Of a stretch of 50,115 bases of DNA, positions 10,105 to 18,878 are shown piece after piece. Source of the DNA: a virus (taxonomy: Duplodnaviria > Caudoviricetes). The notes under the pieces are model-generated. The model saw only the letters and a program-made list of their open reading frames with translations. It ran no database searches and had not been told where the DNA came from. The stretch's first letter is position 1, and every line of letters starts with the position of its first letter. The stretch covers positions 1 through 50,115 of IMG/VR virus record IMGVR_UViG_3300012942_000059; one strand, given 5' to 3'. The translations under genes and the position numbers were made by a program.

Positions 10105-10731
10105 ATGAGCTCTCTCGGAAATATCAGTGTCGTTCTCGCGTCGGCCGTAGCCGACGACGGTACGGTTGCCGTGTCCTATCCGACCGGAACCACGCAGGCC
10201 GGTTTGACCGGATCGACGGACGGTGAAGTCACGATCAACGACGGCGCCTATGGCCGGTGGGACCAGGGCGACGACGGCGCGACGTTCGCGTTCGGTGCGT
10301 CCACGATCACCATCACCAACAAGAGCGGCGTATCGTGGCCGGCCGGCGCAACGCTTCGCGCTTCCTTTGGCGACAACACGAATAACGGGTCGTACAATCC
10401 GTCCGACCCGCGCGACGCCGCGCCGGCGAGCCAGACGCTCACGGCTTCCGGCGCCGTGGCTACTGGCGTGCAGAACGTGCGGTTGAACCACGCAACCGTA
10501 GCCGTTGCCGCAACCATCGCCGACGCCGCCGCGCATGCCGGCTTCTTCGCCGTCACCGATGTGTCGGCGTCCGGCACGGCGGCTCACACGCTCACGCTGA
10601 CGAAGGGCACGTTCGACGGCACGAACAACGTCGCGACGCTCAACGCGCCGGCGGAAAGCCTGCTCGTGTTCTTCGACGCCGCCGGCAACGGCACGATCGT
10701 CGTGAACACGGGATCCGTCGCCCTCTCGTAA
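10105..10731 (+). CDS. Capsid decoration / minor structural protein
   Basis: Ala/Thr/Gly-rich beta-type protein right after the capsid gene; RBS GAGG. Confidence 0.6.
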   Translation: MSSLGNISVVLASAVADDGTVAVSYPTGTTQAGLTGSTDGEVTINDGAYGRWDQGDDGATFAFGASTITITNKSGVSWPAGATLRASFGDNTNNGSYNPSDPRDAAPASQTLTASGAVATGVQNVRLNHATVAVAATIADAAAHAGFFAVTDVSASGTAAHTLTLTKGTFDGTNNVATLNAPAESLLVFFDAAGNGTIVVNTGSVALS

Positions 10732-10738
10732 TCCTTAA

Positions 10739-10760
10739 CGGCGGGGCTTCGGCCCCGCCG
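10739..10760 (+). terminator. GC hairpin with UUCG tetraloop
   Basis: cggcggggc-ttcg-gccccgccg; no clear U-tract. Confidence 0.5.
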
Positions 10761-10789
10761 ATCATCCGCAACCTGACAGGAGACGACCT

Positions 10790-11308
10790 TTGCAGACCGC
10801 CAACATCATGCTCGCCCTTGGCGGCGATATGGGAACCACCGTTCCGAAATACGGCGTCACGGCGTCGGAAATCGCCGTGTTGATGGCGATCCACGGCAAC
10901 AGCGCCGTTCACGAGATCGAGCCGAAGGACAACATCGACCGCAGCGACCGTGACGAGATTCGACGGCTGCGCGAGATTTACGGTCGCGCCCGCATCCAGA
11001 CCGAAGAGGGCGACGTGGCGGCGGTAAATGCGCTGTTCCCCGGCGCCGCGGCGCGCGCCTACCAGAAGCTCGACGAACTGGAAATCGACCCGACCTTCTT
11101 CAAGGCAACGTCGCGCGCCAAGCCTGCGGACGCTCCGGTCGTCGGGGGCATGACGAAAGCCGAGCTCGTCGAACTGGCCGAGCAGAAGGGCGTCGAAATC
11201 GACCCGAAGGCGAAGAAGGCCGAGATCGCGGAAGCGGTGAAAGCCGCCGAAGCCGCCGAAGACGAGACGGAGACCAAGCCCGAAACCGACGAGAATCTGT
11301 TCGGCTGA
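10790..11308 (+). CDS. Hypothetical protein with C-terminal HeH/Rho-N-like motif
   Basis: TTG start with RBS AGGAG; MTKAELVELAEQKGVEIDPKAKKAEIAEAV; ends ENLFG. Confidence 0.7.
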   Translation: MQTANIMLALGGDMGTTVPKYGVTASEIAVLMAIHGNSAVHEIEPKDNIDRSDRDEIRRLREIYGRARIQTEEGDVAAVNALFPGAAARAYQKLDELEIDPTFFKATSRAKPADAPVVGGMTKAELVELAEQKGVEIDPKAKKAEIAEAVKAAEAAEDETETKPETDENLFG

Positions 11309-11338
11309 TAGCCGACGCATCCACGAGAAGGAAGAACG

Positions 11339-11599
11339 ATGACAACCATGCGCGCGAAAGTTCGTGTCTCTGCCGTGCTGCCGTATTCCGACGGGGATGG
11401 CGGCGTGAATTCGGAACGGCTGATGTTCCATGGCGTAGCACGGTCCGATTCGTACCCGGCCGATGGTTCGGATGAGAACAACACCTTCGCCAGGTTCTCG
11501 CCGTCTGTCGCCTTCGACATGCAGGTCGCCAATCCGGCTTTGATTGGCAAATTCGCGGTAGGCGACACGTTCTACGTCGATTTCACGCCGGCAGAGTAG
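11339..11599 (+). CDS. Hypothetical phage protein
   Basis: RBS AAGGAAG; MRAKVRV...ENNTFARFSPS...FYVDFTPAE. Confidence 0.75.
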   Translation: MTTMRAKVRVSAVLPYSDGDGGVNSERLMFHGVARSDSYPADGSDENNTFARFSPSVAFDMQVANPALIGKFAVGDTFYVDFTPAE

Positions 11600-11605
11600 T
11601 CCGGA

Positions 11606-12316
11606 ATGGCGCGCGACACGACACTCGTTAAGCTGCTCGATCTGCTACGGGTCGAAGCGCGCCTTTCGCTCAATCCTGCGCATAACGCGCAAGACCGATC
11701 GGCTCAGGTCACGCTTCTGCAGGCCGAGCAGGAGCGGCTTTGGGAAGACTTCGACTGGCCGCATCTGCGCGTGAAGCGCAAGGTCGCCGTACAGGCGGGC
11801 CAGCGTTACTACGCGATGCCGGAAGACATTCAAGTCGATCGGCTGGAAAAGCTTCAGATTTTCACGAACGGTCGCTGGTTCGATCTTCTGCCAGGCATCG
11901 GCGCCAACGAACTCGCGGCCTACAATTCCGATCTCGACCAGCGGTCCTATCCGCCGCGCCGATGGGAAATCTACGAAGACGGCAATATAGAGATATGGCC
12001 GATTTCGGACATCGACGGCGATGCCGACACCTTCGAAGGTTACATCCAGTTCATCGGCATCCGGAATCTTAATCCGCTTGTCGCCGATTCCGACAGGGCC
12101 GATCTCGACGATCGGATGCTGGCGCTTTATGTCGCCGCGAAGAAGCTGGCCGCCAGCGGCGCGAAAGACGCCAAGCTGAAACTTGACGAGGCGAATTCGC
12201 GGTACGCCAGGTTGCGCGGCCGGTTGACGCCGCGCGTGAAGTTCAAGCCGTTCTGCGGCGACCAGGCGCCGCCGTCGCGCAAGATTTTCGTCACGAATTA
12301 TCGCCCGCCTACCTGA
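11606..12316 (+). CDS. Head-to-tail adaptor (tail tubular A-like)
   Basis: Size and position before the nozzle gene; DFDWPHL and GQRYY motifs typical of podovirus adaptors. Confidence 0.7.
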   Translation: MARDTTLVKLLDLLRVEARLSLNPAHNAQDRSAQVTLLQAEQERLWEDFDWPHLRVKRKVAVQAGQRYYAMPEDIQVDRLEKLQIFTNGRWFDLLPGIGANELAAYNSDLDQRSYPPRRWEIYEDGNIEIWPISDIDGDADTFEGYIQFIGIRNLNPLVADSDRADLDDRMLALYVAAKKLAASGAKDAKLKLDEANSRYARLRGRLTPRVKFKPFCGDQAPPSRKIFVTNYRPPT

Positions 12317-12965
12317 AAACGCCGGCTCTCGTTATATGCTGATAGCCCTCGCCCCTTTTGATCCGGTTGACCGTGTGGCGGTCGACGCTGAGTTCACGCC
12401 CTATTTCGGCGCCGCTTCTCGGGTCGCACATGATCTGCTGTATCTGCTCGTCGGTAAGACGGCAGTTGGCGTGACGCCTTGTGCGAATGCCGCGCGGGCG
12501 TTGATTCGAATTCTGTTCGGAGTACGTCGCCCATTTGCAATTGCCGGGTTCGTAGTTCCCGTCGTTGTCTTTGCGCTCGATCGTAAGCCCTTTCGGGCGC
12601 TCGCCCATGTCTTCAAGAAAATTCTTAAAGGCGCGCCAGCGTTCGCAAACGGTGATACCGCGGCCAGCGTAGTCAACGTGGTGCAGGCACCTGTTGAGCA
12701 TGTCTTCCCACGTTTTGTAAGTGGGCGACACACGACCCCCCGCCGAATGGCCGTGCTTCCAAAGCCGCTTGCGATGCATGTCTGCTTTGAAACATCCGCA
12801 GGATCGCGTAGTTCCGCCAACGATCTTAGACGCCGCAACACGCACCATGTTGCCGCAGTCGCATTTGCACAACCAAAGCGGCTCCTTTTTGTTCGACCCG
12901 TCTCGACGGATAACGACCAGTCGCCCCGACTTTTTGCCGGTAAGGTCTCGTGCTTGCACGCCCAT
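12309..12965 (-). CDS. HNH homing endonuclease-like protein inserted antisense
   Basis: WLCKCDCG, TRSCGC, YAGRGITVCERW, TIERKDNDGNYEPGNCKWAT motifs; C-terminal HTH-like segment; RBS AAGGAG before ATG at 12965. Confidence 0.9.
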   Translation of the reverse strand: MGVQARDLTGKKSGRLVVIRRDGSNKKEPLWLCKCDCGNMVRVAASKIVGGTTRSCGCFKADMHRKRLWKHGHSAGGRVSPTYKTWEDMLNRCLHHVDYAGRGITVCERWRAFKNFLEDMGERPKGLTIERKDNDGNYEPGNCKWATYSEQNSNQRPRGIRTRRHANCRLTDEQIQQIMCDPRSGAEIGRELSVDRHTVNRIKRGEGYQHITRAGVFR

Positions 12966-13033
12966 GAAATCGGCTCCTTTCAACTTGCGCAACGAGATTA
13001 TCTCGTTGGAGCAGATTTGTAAAGGAGTTCACG

Positions 13034-15136
13034 GTGGGAGAAATTTGGGTTAAGGAATTTACTGGTGGCCTTGACGCCCGGCGTATGCCGGAAACGTCGC
13101 CGGGCGGCACGCTCATCCAGGCATCCGACGGTCATATCACCAGCGGTGGGGAATTCGAGAAACGCGCCGCCTTCGTGTCGGAATTCGAACTGCCGCCGGG
13201 CACCGTCGGCATGGCCTACACCCGCACCGGCATCGTGGTTTTCGGAAGCGGCGAGGAACCGGCCGGGATACCGACCGGCGTGACCTATCAGCGCCTGCAG
13301 CATCCTGACGGCACGCCGACGCTGCTCTCCGTCCCGTCATTCGATCTCTATAAGGGCCTGATCTACGCGGTCGGCATTTTCTCCGACGGTAGCCGCCAGC
13401 ATTATTACGACGGCGTTCATGTCGACGACTGGTTCGACGGCCGCGCTCGCGCCACGTTCCAGGTCACGGCGGGCGTCGAAGACGCGGCTGTCGCCGCGTC
13501 CGGTTCGTTCACGATCACCGGCGGCTCGGAAGGCACGGGTAACGAAATCTCGTCGGTGACGGTCGACGGCGTGACGATCACGTCTGGCGCCGTCGCGTAC
13601 ACGACCGACAACGCCACGACCGCGCAGGCCGTCGCCGACGACATCAACAGCAACACGTCGACGCCCGATTATACGGCGACGGCGGATAGCGGCGTCGTCA
13701 CCATAACGGCGACCGACGCCGGCGCCGCATCGAACGATCTCGTTGTCGCGGCGACAGTCGGCGGCGACGTGACGGTCGGCGACGAAACGGCTCTTTCCGG
13801 CGGTTCCGACAACGCCACGTCGTCGCTCACATCGCTGACCGTCGATGGCGTCGACATCATTTTCAGTTCGATCGACTGGACCGGCAGCAACGCCGATACC
13901 GCCGCCGCTATCGCCGACGCCATCAACGCGGCGGCGACGAGTCCCGAATACGAAGCTATCTCAAACGGCGATCAGGTCGTCATCCTGGCCGGAGACGCGG
14001 GCTCCGACGCGAACGGCCGTGCGGTTGCGATCGGAACCGACGAGGGCTTCGGCGTGACGCCGGCAACCGGCCTGTCGATGGCGGGCGGCGTCGATCTCGA
14101 CGACACATTCGAGCCGGGCACGTTCGTCCGCACGATCAAGTCGAAGATGTATTCTGTCAGCGGGCCGGACATGCACTTTTCCGGCATCCAGCAGCCGACG
14201 AAATGGACGACCGACGCGGCCGGCGCAGGATTCGTCGATATGTCGAGCCAGTCGTCCGGTTCGGAGGAACTGGTCGCGTTGGCGCGCTATCAGGACAGCG
14301 TTGCGGTCTTCGCCGCCACGATCATTCAGATTTGGTACGTCGATCCCGACCCGACGTTGAACAAGCAATCGCAGTCGCTCAACAATACCGGGTCGGTTTT
14401 CCCGCGGTCGATCACGCAGTTCGGCGACAACGATCTCTTTTATCTCGACGAAAGCGGCCTGCGGTCGCTGCGCGCTCGCGACAGTTCGAACGCGGCTTCC
14501 ACGACGGACATCGGCGTGCCGGTCGACGACCTGGTGCGCGCCGCCAAGAAAGACTTGACGACGGACGATCGCCAGAACGTCATCGGCCTGATCGAACCGC
14601 AAACAGGCCGGTTCTGGCTCATCATCAAGGGTGAGATTTTCGTCTTTTCGTTCTTCAGCGGTGCGAAGGTCAGCGCATGGTCGAAGTACAATACGGTCGA
14701 TTCGGATGGCGACGATTTCGAGCCGACGGACGCAGTTGTTTTCGACAGGCGCGTCTACTTGCGCGCCGCCGACACGATCTATTGCTATGGCGGGACCGGA
14801 AGCGATCCCGTTTACGACGACACGGAAGCCGTCGCGCAAATCCCTTATCTTGACGGCAACGCGCCGTGGCAGACGAAGCATCTGGCGGGCATCGACGTCG
14901 CCGCGCAAGGCGCGTGGAAAATCTACGCTGCGATGAACCCGAACAACATCGAAGCGCAGGACAAGATCGGCATCTTTGCGAACGTCGTCTCCGACACGAC
15001 CTACGGCGCGGCGCGCATCCCGGCGGTCGGCCAGTCAACGCATTTCAGTCTGATCTTCAAGAGCCAGGGCGACGGTTACGCCAAGCTCGGCGCTTGCGTC
15101 ATCCATTTCACGAGCGACGAGGATCCTCAGAATTGA
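13034..15136 (+). CDS. Tail nozzle / packaged-DNA stabilization protein
   Basis: N-terminal FTGGLDAR, beta-propeller-like repeats, VSAWS motif, inserted Ala/Thr-rich duplicated domain; RBS AAAGGAG. Confidence 0.75.
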   Translation: MGEIWVKEFTGGLDARRMPETSPGGTLIQASDGHITSGGEFEKRAAFVSEFELPPGTVGMAYTRTGIVVFGSGEEPAGIPTGVTYQRLQHPDGTPTLLSVPSFDLYKGLIYAVGIFSDGSRQHYYDGVHVDDWFDGRARATFQVTAGVEDAAVAASGSFTITGGSEGTGNEISSVTVDGVTITSGAVAYTTDNATTAQAVADDINSNTSTPDYTATADSGVVTITATDAGAASNDLVVAATVGGDVTVGDETALSGGSDNATSSLTSLTVDGVDIIFSSIDWTGSNADTAAAIADAINAAATSPEYEAISNGDQVVILAGDAGSDANGRAVAIGTDEGFGVTPATGLSMAGGVDLDDTFEPGTFVRTIKSKMYSVSGPDMHFSGIQQPTKWTTDAAGAGFVDMSSQSSGSEELVALARYQDSVAVFAATIIQIWYVDPDPTLNKQSQSLNNTGSVFPRSITQFGDNDLFYLDESGLRSLRARDSSNAASTTDIGVPVDDLVRAAKKDLTTDDRQNVIGLIEPQTGRFWLIIKGEIFVFSFFSGAKVSAWSKYNTVDSDGDDFEPTDAVVFDRRVYLRAADTIYCYGGTGSDPVYDDTEAVAQIPYLDGNAPWQTKHLAGIDVAAQGAWKIYAAMNPNNIEAQDKIGIFANVVSDTTYGAARIPAVGQSTHFSLIFKSQGDGYAKLGACVIHFTSDEDPQN

Positions 15137-15612
15137 GGGCCGACGTTCCGACAATTGACGCGGTGCGCTACGTCGCCGGCCGGATGCGGGCCAAGGACGT
15201 CGAGGAATTCATCGCGCTTTCCTTCGCGGCGGATGCGGCGGCCCTCGCGGACGATCTCGTCAAGCGGTACGCGACGCATTCCGATGGCGTGTGCTTCTTC
15301 GATGCGAACGAGCCGGTCGGCGTCGGCGCGATGGTAGAAGCAAGGCCGAATGTCCGGACGTTGATGTTCTTCGCGACCGACAGCTTCCCGAATATCGCGC
15401 TGCCGATCGCCCGCTTCACCAAGCGCATTCTGTTCCCGAAGTATCGCGAGGCCGGAGCGCACCGGATCGAGTGCATCTCGATCGACGGCTACGAGGAAGC
15501 GCATCGCTGGATTGATCTCGTCGGCATGTCGCACGAAGGGGCAATGCGCGGTTACGGCCGGAACGGCGAGACGTTCCATCATTTCGCATGGGTGGCCGAC
15601 AATGTTCGTTAG
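15133..15612 (+). CDS. T7 gp13-like / GNAT-fold tail assembly protein
   Basis: TTG overlapping the nozzle stop; MRAKDVEE and AHRWIDLVGMSHEG..GRNGETF pattern; syntenic position. Confidence 0.6.
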   Translation: MRADVPTIDAVRYVAGRMRAKDVEEFIALSFAADAAALADDLVKRYATHSDGVCFFDANEPVGVGAMVEARPNVRTLMFFATDSFPNIALPIARFTKRILFPKYREAGAHRIECISIDGYEEAHRWIDLVGMSHEGAMRGYGRNGETFHHFAWVADNVR

Positions 15613-16078
15613 GCTCGCCATGCCTGATGAAGAAGACGATTTCGTCCGCATGGGCGTGGCGAATCTGGAAGAGACCATGCCCGGCGAGCCGTATAGCGTC
15701 GAGAAGTTGCGCCAGACATTCCAGAAAAGCATTGCGACCGCGCAGCCGACGATCTGGTTCGTCGAGCACCAGCGCAAGCCGATCGGCTTCATGATGTCAT
15801 ACATGCTGGAATTCGACTACCGGGATGGACTTTATACGACACAGCGCGTAATTTACGTCTCGCCGGAAAATCGCGGAACTCGGGCGGCCGTTCTTCTCGC
15901 CAAGGAACTTCTGCGTTGGAGCACATCGCTCGGCGCATCGAAGATCGAAGGCGGCAACGACAACAGTTTCAAATCAGAGAGAACAGCAGGATTTTTGGAG
16001 CACTTCGGCTTCGAACGCTGCGGGTATCATCTGACGAAGCTTTTGGAAGAACGCGATGGGCAACAAGAAGGGCGGTAA
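15602..16078 (+). CDS. GNAT family acetyltransferase
   Basis: IYVSPENRGTRAAVLL acetyl-CoA motif A; FLEHFGFE. Confidence 0.8.
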   Translation: MFVRLAMPDEEDDFVRMGVANLEETMPGEPYSVEKLRQTFQKSIATAQPTIWFVEHQRKPIGFMMSYMLEFDYRDGLYTTQRVIYVSPENRGTRAAVLLAKELLRWSTSLGASKIEGGNDNSFKSERTAGFLEHFGFERCGYHLTKLLEERDGQQEGR

Positions 16079-16826
16079 CGACGAGGCCAAACAGGCCCGT
16101 AAGGACGAAGAGGCCCGCCAGGCGCGGATACGAGCCGGAACGGCTCGCGTCAACTCGATTTTCGACGGCGGCAACGTCGCGACGGGCGCACTCGACGCGG
16201 GCGCGACATTCGATCCTAACGCCACCTACTACAACCCCGACGGCACGGTTTATTCCGGCGGCAGTGGCGGATTCGGAAAGGCCGCGAAGGCCGGTCAATT
16301 GTTTAGCGGCGTCACGCCGGAGACCGGCTTCAACGACGACTTCTTCAACGGCCTGAAACAGTCCTATCTAGACTATGCGGATCCGCAACTCGAGGACCAG
16401 TACAACGACGCCAACAAGCAACTGACGTTCTCGCTGGCCCGCTCCGGCAATCTGGACAGCTCGGCCCGCGCCGAGAAGGAAGCCGATCTCGGCAAGCTCT
16501 ACGACACGCAAAAGCGCGCCGTAGCGGACAAGGCGCTCGGCTATGAGACGAGCTCGCGCAATGCGGTCGAAGACGCCCGCGCCAATCTGCTTTCGACGTT
16601 GAATGCGACCGGCGATCAGCAAGGCGCGGTGAATTCCGCATTGGCTCGCGCGTCGGCCCTGTCGCAGCCGCCGGCATACGATCCGCTCGGACAGCTTTTC
16701 GTCGATTTCACGAACGGGCTCGGCGTCCAGGCGGCGCAGGAGCGGTCCTACGCCGCGGGCGGGCCGACACCACGGTACGACACCGGCTTGTTCGGCAACA
16801 CCGGCCGCGTTTCGGTGAGGTCATAA
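16056..16826 (+). CDS. Internal virion (ejection) protein
   Basis: Gly-rich N-terminus MGNKKGG, Ala/Gln helical content, podovirus synteny. Confidence 0.6.
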   Translation: MGNKKGGNDEAKQARKDEEARQARIRAGTARVNSIFDGGNVATGALDAGATFDPNATYYNPDGTVYSGGSGGFGKAAKAGQLFSGVTPETGFNDDFFNGLKQSYLDYADPQLEDQYNDANKQLTFSLARSGNLDSSARAEKEADLGKLYDTQKRAVADKALGYETSSRNAVEDARANLLSTLNATGDQQGAVNSALARASALSQPPAYDPLGQLFVDFTNGLGVQAAQERSYAAGGPTPRYDTGLFGNTGRVSVRS

Positions 16827-16827
16827 G

Positions 16828-17568
16828 ATGTGCGATCCCTTGACGATAGCCGGAATTGCGTTGACGGCCGGTTCGGAAGTCGCGAACGGCATCGCCACGA
16901 GCCGCGTCCAGCATGCGCGGAATGACGCGCTCGACGCCGAACGCATCCGACAGCAGGGCCTTGATCGCGAAGCCGCGAACGTCAACACGCAGTCGCAGGA
17001 CCGCTATCTCGATTTTGGCGGTCAGCAGGGCGAGAAGGCTTCCGATCTCGGCCAGTATTTCACCGACCAGAAGATCGAGAACGCCAACGACAATGCGAAG
17101 GCGACGAACGAACTGACGTTGCCGCAATCCGGTTCGAATGTCGTCACGCGCGAAATCGAGAAGCAGAAAGGCAAGGCCGACGCCTATGGCAACCAGCAAG
17201 GTCAGGCGCTCGGCCAGCTTCGGTCGTTCGGCGATCTGATCGGCGACATCGGGCGCGCGCAGGCGCGTGACGCCGGAACTATCGGCCAGATCGGCGGCTT
17301 CAAGGCCGGCTCCGAAAATGTCTTGCCGTTCGAACTCGACGCCGCCAGCCACAAGGGCGACGCGCTGAAGACTTTCGGCGACGTGCTCAATCTCGGCGGT
17401 TCGCTCCTTACGGGCGCGGGATTGAGCGGCGCCAGTTTCGGCGGCCCCGACGTGATTTCGCAGCTCGAAACGGCGCCCGGCGTGGCGACGGTCGGCGATC
17501 CGTGGGCCGGGCTGCGCAGCGTGTCGCGCGGCGCGAATCTCTTCTCGCCATATGCGAGGTCGATCTGA
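16828..17568 (+). CDS. Internal virion protein (T7 gp14-like)
   Basis: MCDPLTIAGIAL N-terminus typical of podovirus ejection proteins. Confidence 0.7.
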   Translation: MCDPLTIAGIALTAGSEVANGIATSRVQHARNDALDAERIRQQGLDREAANVNTQSQDRYLDFGGQQGEKASDLGQYFTDQKIENANDNAKATNELTLPQSGSNVVTREIEKQKGKADAYGNQQGQALGQLRSFGDLIGDIGRAQARDAGTIGQIGGFKAGSENVLPFELDAASHKGDALKTFGDVLNLGGSLLTGAGLSGASFGGPDVISQLETAPGVATVGDPWAGLRSVSRGANLFSPYARSI

Positions 17569-18878
17569 TGCCTATCCGTTCATCCGGCTACTATAACAAC
17601 CCGCAGTTTGCGCAGGCCGCGAATAACCTGATGCAGTTGTTCGCGCCGCCGAGCGGTGCGGATGCGGCAGGGTGGGCGACCGCTGATGCGACGCGGGCGA
17701 AAGAAGCGCGACTGCACGATTTCTACACGCACATCACGGACCCGAACGTGCCGCTTCAAACGGCTGACCGCTACGGCATTGGCGCCGGTGCGTATGCACC
17801 GACCAGTTCCGTCTACGCCGTCGATCAGGGCAATTTGACGACGCGGCGCGGCCAGGATGTCACCGCCGCAACGTCACGCGCAAATAACACCGCCGACAAT
17901 GCGCGAGCGCTCGACGTCGCGCAGATCGGCGAACTCGGCAGGGCTTACGCGCCGCTTAACCCCGGCCAAATACGACCGGAAATCCCGGCCAACGTCGCAA
18001 TTCGATTCGGCCAGCCTTCCGCGCCGATTGCGGCCGTGTCTGGCGCACCGAAGCCACAGACGACGGACGAACTGAAGGCGGCCATTATCGGCAGGCTCGA
18101 CCCGAACGTGCAGCGCGCCGTCGCCATTGGCAGCACACCGGTCGAAAGCGTGGTGACGCCGGAAGGGCCGAGGATCGCGTATCGTTCCGATGCCGTCGGC
18201 CAAGCTCCTTACGAGAAGGCATCCGGCAACGGTCTTTCGGTGACGCTGCCGGACGGCACAGTCGTGCAGCAAGGCGGCGGCAAGCCGATGACCGAAGCGC
18301 AGGCGCGGCTGACGAATTTCTCGACAACGGCCGAAGCCATGCTTCCGATTCTGGACGAAATCGGCCCCGCTCTTACGAGTCCGGTCGAAGGCGCGTCCGA
18401 AGCGTCTCCGTCGATCGGTACGCTCAACCCCGGCAACTATCTGCAGTCTCCGAAGTACCAGCAGGCCCGCGTCACTGGCGAACGTTTTGTGCAAGCAATA
18501 CTGCGCAACGAATCGGGCGCCGCCACGCCCGATGCGGAGATCCTGCACTACCAGGAAACGCTGCTGCCGCGTCCCGGCGACGGCCCCGAGCAGATTCGCA
18601 TGAAGTCATGGCTTCGGCATGTGGCCGTGGACGCGATGGACGCCGGTCTCGGCCTTCAGGCGCGCAAGGCGAAGATCGACGCGGCGGCCGCCTCCGGCCC
18701 GCCGCCGAATTTTCGGCCTGCCGCGGGTGCGAGCGCACCAGCAGCCCCGGCACCCGCGCCTTCGCAGCAGCCGGCCGGAGAGCCGGCGCGACCGCAATCG
18801 GACGCCGAGTACAATGCGCTTCCAAGCGGCGCGTTGTTCGTCGATCCCGATGACGGCAAGACGTACAGGAAACCGTGA
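17568..18878 (+). CDS. Internal virion (ejection) protein
   Basis: TGATG coupling; ILRNESGAA..PRPGD motif; C-terminal YNALPSGALFVDPDDG. Confidence 0.6.
   Translation: MPIRSSGYYNNPQFAQAANNLMQLFAPPSGADAAGWATADATRAKEARLHDFYTHITDPNVPLQTADRYGIGAGAYAPTSSVYAVDQGNLTTRRGQDVTAATSRANNTADNARALDVAQIGELGRAYAPLNPGQIRPEIPANVAIRFGQPSAPIAAVSGAPKPQTTDELKAAIIGRLDPNVQRAVAIGSTPVESVVTPEGPRIAYRSDAVGQAPYEKASGNGLSVTLPDGTVVQQGGGKPMTEAQARLTNFSTTAEAMLPILDEIGPALTSPVEGASEASPSIGTLNPGNYLQSPKYQQARVTGERFVQAILRNESGAATPDAEILHYQETLLPRPGDGPEQIRMKSWLRHVAVDAMDAGLGLQARKAKIDAAAASGPPPNFRPAAGASAPAAPAPAPSQQPAGEPARPQSDAEYNALPSGALFVDPDDGKTYRKP

Noticed and set aside
3530-10587. Long antisense ORFs (3530..5254, 5509..7485, 8998..10587; likewise 27119..28807)
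   Set aside because: Shadow frames of high-GC genes with strong codon bias; no motifs or RBS.
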